From positions 3,444,880 through 3,508,879 of the forward strand of contig CM074810.1 in NCBI GenBank assembly GCA_037447605.1: 64,000 nucleotides of DNA, written 5' to 3'. Shown piece after piece: positions 12,302 to 22,657 of this stretch. Numbering within the stretch: the first letter of the stretch is position 1; each line of letters starts with the position of its first letter. Made by a program: the position numbers and the translations under genes. The notes beneath the pieces are model-generated. The model ran no database searches, was not told where the DNA came from, and saw nothing but the letters and a program-made list of their open reading frames with translations. This stretch comes from Zygnema circumcarinatum SAG 698-1b (Eukaryota; Plantae; Zygnematophyceae).

Positions 12302-13328
12302 GGAAAATGATACAGCGGCCCCACTTTTTGGATATCGGCGCCCCCTTATGGGAAAAATTGTACTTTTTTTTTTTTGGCTAATCACCCCTGCATCCAGGAG
12401 GAATCTTGTAGACAATCGGACCCCGCACCACTGCGCCGTACAGGATGCGACCGTGTACCGACATTCAGCGCCACGCATCGCGGCGTGGCCCTCAAGATGC
12501 AGCGACCTGCGGAAACATTGTGCCTCACCTGACCCTTTTGCGTCGGAGGTTGCTCGTGGCAGTCCCCATGGACAGCCCTGATGCGGTCCCCATGCCGACG
12601 AGTGGACCCCCATAATATTTTCGCCATGGTTTTGGCAAATACTGGGCGAAAATATTGTAATTTGCATATGTCCGTGTTACCAATAGGCGAGCGGTATTAT
12701 GTTAGAGTTCATGTCTGTTCGTACGTATCGTATCGTATCGTATCGTACCGTGATTTAGATACACGAGCTCCTATTGGTGCCGTACGTATACCGTATGACT
12801 TAGAGATTTTATTCGTACTTACCTTACAGCGTAAAAGCGTGACCCATGTTTGAAATCCGTTTCGATTAACAGATTTTGTATTGGAGAATAGGTCAGGTTA
12901 GGTTAACACCCCTAATACGTTAACATTGAGTTACCGTACAAAAAGGTAGTTTCGGCAAAATCGGGGCGAATTTCTTGGGGACGCACTGTACATGGTGGAA
13001 AATATTACGGGGGTCCACTGTATCGGCATGGGGGACCGGCAGCAGGGCTGTCCAATGGCAGACTGCCACGTGGCAACCTCTGACCAGGGTCAGGTGAGGA
13101 CAACGTTCCCGTAGGCTCGCCGCATCTCGCGGGCCACGCCGCGATGCGCGGCGCCGTACGTCGGTGCACGGTCGGATCCTGCTCGCGAGGCGCGGGGTCC
13201 GATTGTCTACAAGATCTCTCCTCCCGAAAGATCCAAGGTGGGAGGGTGATTAGCCAAAAAAAAAAGGTACAAATTTTCCCAAAAGGGGGCGCCGATATCC
13301 AAAAAGTGGGGCCGCTGTATCATTTTCC
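12302..13328. mobile_element. Mutator-like non-autonomous foldback element (family A, copy 2) with ~300-bp TIRs and internal repeat cargo
   Basis: Termini GGAAAATGATACAGCGGCCCC...GGGGCCGCTGTATCATTTTCC; 8-bp TSD CAATTTTG at 12294-12301 and 13329-13336. The interior carries family B and (CGTAT)n-tailed family C sequence. Confidence 0.88.
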
Positions 13329-13504
13329 CAATTTTGCCGAAACCACTTTTTTGTACGTTAACTTCCTGTTAACCGTACTATTCGTACTATCCGTACTAGC
13401 CGTACTAGCTGTACTAGCCGTCACGGGCTTACGGAAAGCTCACCTAATCTCCCCGCACGTGCCGCCGTAAGAGGCGCTCACTCTTCTCCCCTTGTTCTTG
13501 GCTT

Positions 13505-13745
13505 CGATACGATACGACACGATACGAAACGCCCCGATACGGTACTATCCGTACTAGCCGTACGAGCTGTAGTACAGTACAGTAGCCGTTACGCGCTCGA
13601 ATTTAAACGATACGGTACGATGCGGTACGATATGCCAGAAAACGATACGATACGATACGTACGGACATACATGAACTCTAACATAATTCCGCTCGCCTAT
13701 TGGTAACACAGACCTGATATTTGCCAAAAACAATATTTTCGCCGG
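13505..13745 (-). repeat. Dispersed repeat family C with (CGTAT)n pentamer tract
   Basis: Core gtgttaccaatagg...atgttagagttcatgt..gt.cgtacgtatcgtatcg recurs at ~12670-12750 (+) and ~25285-25340 (+), and here in reverse. Confidence 0.75.
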
Positions 13746-13751
13746 GTTTTT

Positions 13752-14230
13752 AGGGTATTCGTATTCGTGTTTTAGGCTGCCCTTTTGGCGTTGCATCTTA
13801 TGTTGATCGTTTTGTTGATGATTCTTTGGTTGAGGATACGTCTCAGGTCGATGAGCTTCCACAACTTTCAGATCTTCAGGTGGCTTTTTCTTTGCTTACT
13901 CGTTGTTTTGCTTTGCGTCCGTCATACCTTTTGCAAACTCTCCCTCCTAACCCTGCTTTCCTTGAGTCATTGCGATCTTTCGATGAGCGTTTGTTTTCTG
14001 TATGTCATCGCCTTTTGGGTCCTGGTATTTTCGATCGACCAGAGGGTCCGCTTGCACGTACGCAAACCTCGCTCCTTATTTCGGCGGGCGGTTTAGGACT
14101 CATCCCGACAGTTCGTGTGGCGCCTACTGCGTTTTTGGGTAGTTGGGCTCTAGTTGCTCCTATTTTGGCTTCGCGTTTTATTGTGGCTGATCGTCCGTTG
14201 CTNNNNNNNNNNCGTGCCTCACATCGGTGA
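13752..14230 (+). mobile_element. 5'-truncated fragment of a CRE-like non-LTR retrotransposon RT/thumb region
   Basis: Reads GIRIRVLGCPFGVASYVDRFV...LLTRCFALRPSYLLQTLPP...QTSLLISAGGLGLIPTVRVAPTAFLGSWA. The VLGxPxG and GGLG...APxAFLGSW motifs are typical of CRE/early-branching non-LTR elements. It runs into an N gap. Confidence 0.75.
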
Positions 14231-14562
14231 CCTTCGCGGCTGCTTCTAGGGCTTCGTTGTTGTGCCTAGGCGTAGTTTTCCGCTCCTAGCTTTGTTTTAT
14301 TGTGTTTCGGTCCTTTGTGACCAGTCCTTCGTGGTTCCACATTTTGCCTTTGTCCATGTACATTTGATGGCCTCGCGATGGCGAGTTCAATGAAAGTTCC
14401 CCACTTTTCGCCGGATATTCGCTAAAACCAGGTGGAAAATATGATGGGGTCCTACTGTACTGTACTGTACTGTACAGGACAAACGAGCTCAGCGTACGAC
14501 AACTTGGCAAGTTTGCCACGTCGGATAGCGTAGGATTGCGTTTCGATTAAGTAATATTTGAC

Positions 14563-14790
14563 GGGAAAAGCTATTGACACACCTTTTTTTCAAGATACAC
14601 ACCTTTTTGTCGAGATCTACACTTTTTTATCGAGATGGGCGAGATCTTCTATCTAGATACACACCTTCTGTGGCTAGATACACACCTTTTTCGCCGGTCA
14701 GATTGTATTCTAGGTTTTTTATGGTATAGTATTGGGGATTTAATTTTTAAACGTGTGTATCTTAACAAAAAAGGTGTGTAAATAGTCCTT
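14563..14790. mobile_element. MITE family D (degenerate copy)
   Basis: Left arm ggaaaa-gctattgacacacc, internal repeats of agatacacaccttt, right arm gtgtgtatct..aaaaggtgtgtaaatag; same family as 33791-33928. Confidence 0.7.
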
Positions 14791-15180
14791 CACTATTTTA
14801 CGGTTACAGTACTGTATTACACTCGGAATGCTGACGTCAGCCCGGCGACATGCAGCCGCTTGCAACCTCGACATTGGCGAGCGACGTGCCTTGCGCGTAT
14901 AACCAGGCAAAGCTTTGAGGACACGTGTCGCTCTCGCCCTCTGTTCCTGCAACCCTCTTTCCACCACCCCTTCCCTCCCTCTCTCTCTCTCTTCTCTCAC
15001 TCTCTCTCTCTCTCTCTCGCTTCCTGCTGCCCTCTCTGCACCACCCCTTCCCTTCCTCTTCCTCCCACCCTCTCTCCCCCACCCCTTCCCCCCCTCTATC
15101 TCTCTCTCTCCCCTTCTCTCTCTCTCCCTCTCTCCCTCTCTCNNNNNNNNNNCCCCCCCCCCCCCCTTTCACACCACCCC

Positions 15181-15997
15181 ATGGCCACCCCAAAGGCTCT
15201 CATGCGCCCCATGGAAGGCGGCGACCAATCCTTGAGTTACAGCCGCAACTCAAAGCTCCAAATGGATTTTTTCCGCGCTGCCGCTCCCTCTCTCGAGAAT
15301 GCCCTTGCCACGTGTCCTCTTCCCGTTGGCACCCCAGCCCTCCACGTGGCAGACCTCGGCTGCTCCACCGGCTCCAACACCATCAATCAGATCGTGACAG
15401 TTGTCACGGCCCTCCGTAAACGATTCAGCGACTTCCCGGAAGTTTTCGCCTTCTTTTCTGACCTCCCGGGGAATGATTTCAACCATATTTTTCAGCTTCT
15501 CTTCATAGAGAAATCATCTATGGCGGAAGGCGTTTCTCAGATCCGCCATGAATTCTTCCCTGCAGCAGTTCCTGGTTCGTTCTATGGCCGCCTCTTCCCC
15601 TCCAACTCCCTCCACGTCGTCCTCTGCAGCAACTCCATCCATTGGCTGTCCGTCGACCCTTGTGCTTCACCTTCCAAAACCCTAAACCCTCAAAACCCTA
15701 AAATCGAAGACGGCGGCGTTGCTAATCCCGGAACTGTCTGGTACACACGTGCGGAGTCCCCGCGAGTGGGAGCTGCTTACAAAGCGCAGGCGCAAAGGGA
15801 TCTGCAAACGTTTCTTTGTTGCCGGGCGGCGGAAATGTTGCCGGGCGGACTGCTGTGGGTCATGACCCCATGCATGAAGCATGATGATGGTCATGAAGAG
15901 GGGTCATGGTTCGTGGAGCTTTTGGACTCTGCATGGAGGGAGCTTATAACAGCGGGAAGGCTTCCTCCTGCTTCGATCGACTCCTTCCCAATCCGAT
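15181..15997 (+). CDS. SABATH-family SAM-dependent carboxyl methyltransferase (Methyltransf_7), 3' end lost in a gap
   Basis: MEGGDQSLSYSRNSKLQ, HVADLGCSTGSNT, FFSDLPGNDFNHIF, AVPGSFYGRLFP, SNSIHWLS, QAQRDLQTFLCCRAAEMLPGGLL. No intron or stop in ~272 codons up to the N run at 15998. Confidence 0.9.
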
Positions 15998-17040
15998 NNN
16001 NNNNNNNNNNNNNNNNNNNNNNNNNNNNNNNNNNNNNNNNNNNNNNNNNNNNNNNNNNNNNNNNNNNNNNNNNNNNNNNNNNNNNNNNNNNNNNNNNTTT
16101 CAAAAAAACCTTCCCTCGCTTTCGCCTTTCTCCCTCTCCTTCTTCCTCTCCCTCTTCCTCTCCCTCTCCCTCTCCCTTTCCCTCTTCCTCTCCCTCTCCC
16201 TTTCCCTCTCCCTCTCCCTCTCCGTCTCCCTCTCCCTCTCCCCTCTCTCCCTCTCCGTCTGCCTCTCCCTCTCCCTCTCCCACTGCCTCTTTCTCCCTCT
16301 CCCTCTCCTTCTCCCTCTCCCTCTCCCCTCTCCCTCTCCCTTTCCCTCCCTCCCCCTCCCTCTCTCCCTCCCGGCAATCGAATGAAGTGACGCACGCCCC
16401 AAAACTCTAGTTCCAAGAGCCGTTCTCCGCTGTGAACTGAAGTCGAGAATAGCCAATGGATACGTACCACGTGCCAAAATGTCCACGTGGTAGGTTGTAT
16501 TAGTGCACGCTCTGCTGCTTTGTTTTGGGAGTCGCTTTACACACCACGGTACTTCTCTCTTTGTCGTCGAGATACCGTACACGACAAAAATGAGAGTTCA
16601 CGTGGCATATCCTCATTGGACCACGGACCCTGCCGGCAGGAAAACGGCTTCACCAGCCATCAATCCGTACAACTTGAAGGGGTCGGCCTCTGTACCTGGC
16701 CTAGCTGTGGGTCCAAATTCAAGTCCAATTTTTTTATTTTTGTACGAGCGTGGAATAACACCGCCCGCAGATATCGCCTTCCCCTGTTGACACGTCACTC
16801 ACTCAGTCCAGGCTCGTAGGTTTTCGTCTGCCGTAGTGACGTGACACATGACGTGAAAGCCTAGTGGGATGATCAAAACAGATGATCGTAAATTGTGCCC
16901 TCCTTCACGAACTCAAATGAAACAATCAATGCTATCATGTATAGGAAACCCATGTAGGTTCTACAATCGTTAATTCATCATTTTAAACTGTATACAGAAG
17001 GTTTTCTGTTTGAAAAATGGAAACACAACCCATTATACCT

Positions 17041-17106
17041 AGGGAGAGTAGGCTTTATGCGTCCTTCAAACTACGCAAAGCCTCTCACAGAACCGTACGC
17101 GCGGTC
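17041..17106 (-). other. 3' end of a group II intron (domain V 3' strand and domain VI)
   Basis: The minus strand reads gaccgcgcgtacggttctgtGAGAGGCTTTGCGT-loop-ACGCATAAAGCCT-A-CTC. CGTACGGTTC is the domain V 3' strand, followed by a hairpin with a bulged A. The terminal AY is not canonical. Confidence 0.6.
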
Positions 17107-18493
17107 GCTTGTTTCACCGTAAAACCGAGCGAGCTTGCTCGCGAGTCGAGCGCAGTGAAAGCGAGCGAACAGGCGACCGAAGGGCGGAGCTGGCTACCGA
17201 AGGTAGCGCAGAGTGCAGAGTGCAGNNNNNNNNNNCTACCCAATGTACCCTCGGTACGCTACAACGGGCTTCATGCACCGATTGATTCAATTTCCTGCAT
17301 CGAACGTTGTGAAAGACGGGAACGAACGGAGGCTCATCCAACCACACGGAACTGGTGAGTTCGAAGGCCCCTTGGCTGACGAACTCAGCGCTATCTTCAA
17401 CTGGGTTCTGGGTCAAGATCCAGTAGACGCTGAGAAGCTCGTTCGTAATTCAGCAAGGTGGGTTCCTTCGCTTCGTGATTCAGTATTCAGAGGCTCTGTC
17501 GGATCGAATTCCATATCTTCTTGGGTAGAAGACGAATTGATCCCTGGGCCAGGCATGTACGTTGGCGGAGCGGTGAAAGACCCATCGAAAAGCGACATGG
17601 CTTACCCTACCTATATCAGTTACTGCACTAGAAACGGTTTCAAACCCGTATCTCTCAAAGTGTTCTCTACTAATTTACTCTCTAGAATCCGCGATTCGTT
17701 TGAATGGAAGGGATTTGTAGGTGTAAGCGTTGAAAGGAAGAGAGTAGGTATGTTTATTGTAGGTATATCGAGAAGCCCTTTGTTGTTGGATTCTGACAAT
17801 TTGAGAGGAGGAGCCTTAGGCGAAGGCAGAAGCGCATTTCCAGAACTTCCTCCGTTAAAGGAACACACTACGCCAGAGGAAACTCAACACAACACATTGA
17901 CCGACCAAAGGGCGGAGCAGGAGACCGAAGGGCCCTCAGACGAGCAACCTTAGGGCGGAGCAGGCGACCGAAGGGCGGAGCAGGCTACCGATGGGTGACG
18001 AAGTCACAGGCTACCGAAGGTAGCGAAGAGCGAAGAGCGAAGAGTGCCGAGTGCAGAGTGCAGAGCAACAACTTGCTCGCGCGGCGCTCACTGCGTTCGC
18101 TTGCAGCACCCTCAACGAAGGGAGCATACAACCGAAGGGCGGAGCAGGCGACCGAAGGGCGGAGCTGGCGACCGAAGGGCCGTAGGCAAGCGAGCAAAGC
18201 GAGCGCAGTGAGCGCAGCGAACAGGCGACCGAAGGGCGGAGCAGGCGACCGTTCGCTCGCGCGGCGCTCACTGCGTTCGCTTGTTTCACCGTAAAACCGA
18301 GCGAGCTTGCTCGCGAGTCGAGCGTGAGCGCCGCGCGAACAAGTTCGCTTGTTGCACCTTCTGGTTGCGAACTCGGGGCTCCTCGAGCAGCGATTGCTGA
18401 GAAGAACTCTGCTTTGCGAAGGGACGCCTCTGGCGACCAAACCTTCTTACTCCAACTTTGCGCTACCTTCGGTAGCCTATGACTTCGTCACCC
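17107..18493. repeat. GC-rich short dispersed and inverted repeats of organellar type
   Basis: Many copies of cgaccgaagggcggagc and ctaccgaaggtagc; a direct repeat at 17107-17153 and 18278-18324; a 33-bp inverted repeat at 17993-18025 and 18461-18493 with one mismatch. Confidence 0.85.
17236..17953 (+). pseudogene. C-terminal fragment of a phage/plasmid P4-family (D5-like SF3) primase-helicase, organelle-derived type
   Basis: YPMYPRYATTGFMHRLIQFPAS resembles the arginine-finger region; ELSAIFNWVL; NSISSWVEDEL; AYPTYISYCTRNGFKPVSLKVFSTNL resembles the winged-helix end. Intronless, 5' end in an N gap, flanked by GC-rich palindromic repeats. Confidence 0.72.
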
Positions 18494-18850
18494 TGGAAGA
18501 TTCGAATCGAGGACGTACGGCGCTTCACTACACGACAAATTATCGAACTGGAAAAAGGTCACACGGAAACTCGGGACCGAACTGTGTCCATGTCGCTCAG
18601 GTAGTTCTACTGCGAGCGTTGACAATAGTTCGACTGTTGCGCGGCACAGTCATAGAATGCGGCGATCCTTGCTCGAGCGCAGTTCAAAATTTCGTTGGTC
18701 TGCACAGGTTACGCGATTCGGGTGGCACGTGACGTTGCGTCACGTTCTGCTGTTTGACTTTGACCGCGTGGGCCTAGTCATGAAGGGCGCGGGCGGGAGA
18801 GGTCTCAAACCCTCGCCGCGATGACGTGTGTCGGATCTGTCACTCCGCGC

Positions 18851-19184
18851 TTAAACCCTAAACCCTAAACCCTCAACCAAACCTTAGCCCTAAACCCAAA
18901 ACCCTTAACCCTAAATCCTAAATCCCGAAACCCTAAACCCTAAACCAAACACTACCCCTACCCCAGACCTTAACCCTAAACCCGCAACCCCAGACAAAAA
19001 CTTAACCCTACCCCAAACTTTAACCCGAAACCCTAAACCAAACTTAACCCGACCCCAAATCTTAATCCTAAACCCTAATCTTACCCCAAACCTAAACCCG
19101 AAACTCTAAACCTAAACGTAATCCTACCTTCACCCCAAACCTTAACCCTAAACCCTACATCCTAAACGCTAAACCCTAAACCCT
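18851..19184. repeat. Degenerate interstitial telomeric array (CCCTAAA)n
   Basis: Dozens of CCCTAAA/CCCTAA variants on the + strand. Confidence 0.9.
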
Positions 19185-19644
19185 CCAGCCATCCTGTCAG
19201 TCCTGCATGGAAAACGCGTTGATTGTTTCTGCAAGTACCCGACAAAACGCAGCAAATACACGCCCCATGCGTTTGTACTTAACGGATTTTTTACAAACTC
19301 AACATAGAAACCGTTGACAGCAACTGCACAAGTGAGCCATTGCGCTCCAACACTCCACAAACGGAATCCACCTCATAGAACCGTTACAGCCTAAACCCTA
19401 ATCCTAACCAACGCCTTGCAAATCTGAACCCTGAACCCGCCACGACCCTTTCGCTTCTGGTTTTCGGCTTCTTTCGTCCTCTTTTCTTCAAGAAACCTAA
19501 ATTCCTATAAAAATACAAGCAAGGAAATTCTGAACCCTGAACCCTCTAACCCCATCTCCAAGCTCAATGAATCCCAAAAATTTAAGAAACAAGCCCCACC
19601 ATTCTACTTCCTGTTCTGGTCCAATTTTTTTGCCTTCCGCTTGC

Positions 19645-21295
19645 TCAGTCCGTCTTCCCCTGCGACCTTTCTTCAGCGATGTCGTTCATCTCCAGAAGCA
19701 TCCACACGAGGGAGACACCTATTTGTACCCCAATCCAAACCCCCACACTCACACCAAATTAAAGGGGAATTGGTTGTTTGTTTGTTGTTACAATGTTGCC
19801 TTTCATGAGAAGCTCAAATTCTTAGGGCTTCGTAGAGCGGGGGGTCATGGGGGCCATGGAGGTCATGCATGGGGGTCATGGCGGTCATGGGGGCCTATGG
19901 GGGTCTGTGGAGGTCATGGAGATCATGGAGATCATGGAGGTGATGGGGGTCATGGAGGTCATGGGGGTCTATGGGGGTCTATAGAGATCATGGAGGTCAT
20001 TGGGGACATGGGGGTCATGGGGGTCATGGCGGTCATGGGGGTCATAGAGGTCATGGGGGCATGGGGGTCCTGGGGGCCTATGGGGGTCTATAGAGGTCAT
20101 GGGGGCCTATGGGGGTCTTATCGAGGTCATGGAGGTCATGGGGAACATGGGGGTCATGGGGGTCATAGGGGTCATGGGCGCCCATACATACATGCGATGG
20201 CCCCATCCATGGCGAAGTTCCGCAGGTCCATGGTCTTGAAGAGCGCGTACTCGGCGGCGCAGAAGAGCAGCGACGCGAAGAAGGAGAGCGCGGTGGCGGC
20301 GTACAGCGGCGCGTCCGAGAGGTGGAACGCGCAGAGGGAGCAGAGCAGACTGGACACGGCCGTCCATGCACCGAACGTGCGGGCATGCACCTCCGTCACT
20401 GCGGGAGGGAGGGAGGGAGGGAGGGAGGGAGGGAGGGAGGGGGAGAGAGAGCGGGGGGAGGGGGAGAGAGAGAGGGAGGGGGAAGGGGAGNNNNNNNNNN
20501 GGAAGGGGAGAGAGAGAGGGAAGGGGGGAGAGAGAGGGAGAGAGGGGGAGAGGGAGAGAGAGGGGGAGAGAGAGGGGAGAGAGAGGGGGAGAGAGAGAGA
20601 GAGAGAGAGGGAGAGGGGGAGTGAGGAGGAGAGAGAGGGGGAGAGAGGGGGAGAGAGGGAGAGAGGGGGAGAGAGGGGGGGAGGCAGGGAGAGGGCGAGA
20701 GAGAGAGAGAGAGGGGATGGGGGAGGAGGGGGGGAAGGGAGGGGTGAGAATGTAGGAGGGTGGGGAGTTGGGAGAGGGGCGGAGGGTGAAGAGGGGCGGG
20801 GGGGGGATAGGGGGTTAGTAAGGTGGGGTTGGGAGAGAGAGAGAGGAGGGAGGGGAGGGAGCGAGGATGGGGGGTTAGCAGTGTGGGGTGTTGGAAGAGA
20901 GAGTGAGGGTGGAGAGGTGGGGCAGGGTGGGGGAGAGCAGGGTGGAGTGTTGGGAGAGAGAGGGAGCGGCGGGGGGAGGACGAAAGGTGAGGACAGGAGG
21001 GGAAAATGGTAGAGAAAGCAAAGGCAGGTATGGGAGAGGTGGGAGAGGTGTCAAGAGAGCGATAGCAAAAAGAGAATTAGAAAAAGCTGAAGAAATAATG
21101 GAAAAGGGAAAGAGGAACAGAGGGAGAGCTGGGCAGGAGAGGAAGGAAAGAGGTGGAGGGGAGGAAAAGAGGTAGAAAGGGAGAGAAAGTGGGAGAGATC
21201 AAGAGAGAAATAGAGGGACAGTGCAGCGAGGAGGACAGAGTGGGCGAAGAGATAGGGGGAGATAAGAAGAGAGATGGGGGAGGAAGAGTGAAAGT

Positions 21296-21326
<31 letters not shown>

Positions 21327-21465
21327 GGAGAGGAAGTAAGGTGCACATACCTTCAGTTTCAGAAAAAACCGCCACTTGCAATCCGCATTTATCAAAGTAT
21401 CCAAAATAAGTCGAAGAAAGTCGAAATGCCGCCACGACGAGAAGCCAACAAGCCAAAAGCCTCAT
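19645..21465 (-). CDS. ERG28: ERG28-like sterol biosynthesis scaffold protein, copy A
   Basis: Exons 21465-21351, 20398-20192, 19718-19645: MRLLACWLLVVAAFRLSSTYFGYFDKCGLQVAVFSETE-VTEVHARTFGAWT...EYALFKTM...CVSLVWMLLEMNDIAEERSQGKTD*. All introns GT-AG. Confidence 0.92.
19845..20180. repeat. 9-bp tandem repeat (GGGGTCATG)n in ERG28-A intron 2
   Basis: Repeated gg(a/g)ggtcatg units; this is the source of the spurious GGH-rich ORF 19567-21012. Confidence 0.85.
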
Positions 21466-21779
21466 TTTGAAACCAATTCAGTTTATGTCCGCTTGAACAA
21501 AGTTTTAAGCTTAGAACCCAAAACTGGGCATAAACAAAACTTCGTTCCAAAAAGGGATTCGCAGAAAGCTCAGTTGGAAAGTTGCGAGAAAATAGGCGCA
21601 CATAAGCAATGAGTTTTAGGGCTAAGGTTTTTTTCTGAGAGCAAGACGAGGAGTGCGTGTTCAATTGACAAAAGGGCACATCAGGCGCAGGTGGGGGAGG
21701 CGCTGCATTCTGCGCTGCAGATCTGCTAGGGATCTCCTCTCCCCTTCTCTCTCTCTCACACTCTCTCTCTCACTCGCCC

Positions 21780-21836
<57 letters not shown>

Positions 21837-22657
21837 GTCGCTCTCTCTATCTCTCTCTGTCTCTCTCCCTCCCTCCCTCTTTTTCTCTCTCTCAATCTCT
21901 CTCTCCCTCTCCCTCTGTCTCTGTCTCTGTCTCTGTCACTCTCTCTCTATCTTTCTCTGTCTCTCTCTCCCTACCTCTCTCTATGTCTCTGCCTCTTTCC
22001 GTGTCTCTCTCTCTCTCGCTGTCTCTCGCCCTTCTCACTCTCTCTCTCCTCCCCTGGAACATGGGACAGCAGCGACACAAACGGAACGATATTTCAGTGC
22101 GGTAACAGTATCACTCAATACGATATATCGAAAATAGAGAATAACTACGATACAGTCGATATCTCCTCGTATCGTGGTCACCAAACGATACAGTACCGAC
22201 CAATTTTTAACGCTAATAAGGACAGTAACTGTAACTGCAACGACGCATATGTGAAAGTATCCGAACATAGAAGAACTGCAGTCAACGTACGGACGCGCAC
22301 ACCCAACGGTTGACCTTAACGGTCGGTTCAAAAGGAAGTCCATGACCCAATTAAAAACTGCCACGTGCCACTAGTGCATACGTGGCATGCTGTGAATGGT
22401 CCAATTCAGACAGCGTGCCCTCCAATGGTGTCCCCCCCTCTTGAATTTTCCAAGTGCTTGCACTGACTGCCTCCCCGACACTTGGCCGCCTACTCTCTCC
22501 CTCCCTCTCCTCTCTCTCCCTACATTCCTCCCTCCCTCCCTCCCTCCCTCCCTCCCTCCCNNNNNNNNNNCTCCCTCCCTCCCTCCCTCCCTCCCTCCTT
22601 CCCTCCTTCCCTCCCTATCCCTCCTCTCTATCTCTCTCTCGCTCGGTCTCTCACACG

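Larger units (their letters stand above)
11600..13480 (-). repeat. Dispersed repeat (family B), split by two MITE insertions
   Basis: Removing 11699-12290 and 12302-13336 leaves a sequence whose reverse complement matches the uninterrupted copy at ~25730-25990 (gcgcctcttacggcgg...gtacaaaaag-tggtttcggcaaaat-gg-gcgaattt-ttgg...ggtggaaaatatga). Confidence 0.8.

Noticed and set aside
16099-16410. Continuation of the SABATH ORF after the gap (SPSPSP tract)
   Set aside because: This is CT-repeat sequence beyond an N gap of uncertain length, with none of the SABATH C-terminal motifs.
17940-18330. Repeat-spacer-like pattern suggesting a CRISPR array
   Set aside because: The units are adjacent or irregularly spaced without unique constant-length spacers, and there are no cas genes in this eukaryotic context.
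18495-18732. GRTALHY...IVRLL resembling an ankyrin repeat
   Set aside because: The spacing does not fit a 33-aa repeat, there is no second repeat, and no splice context supports it.
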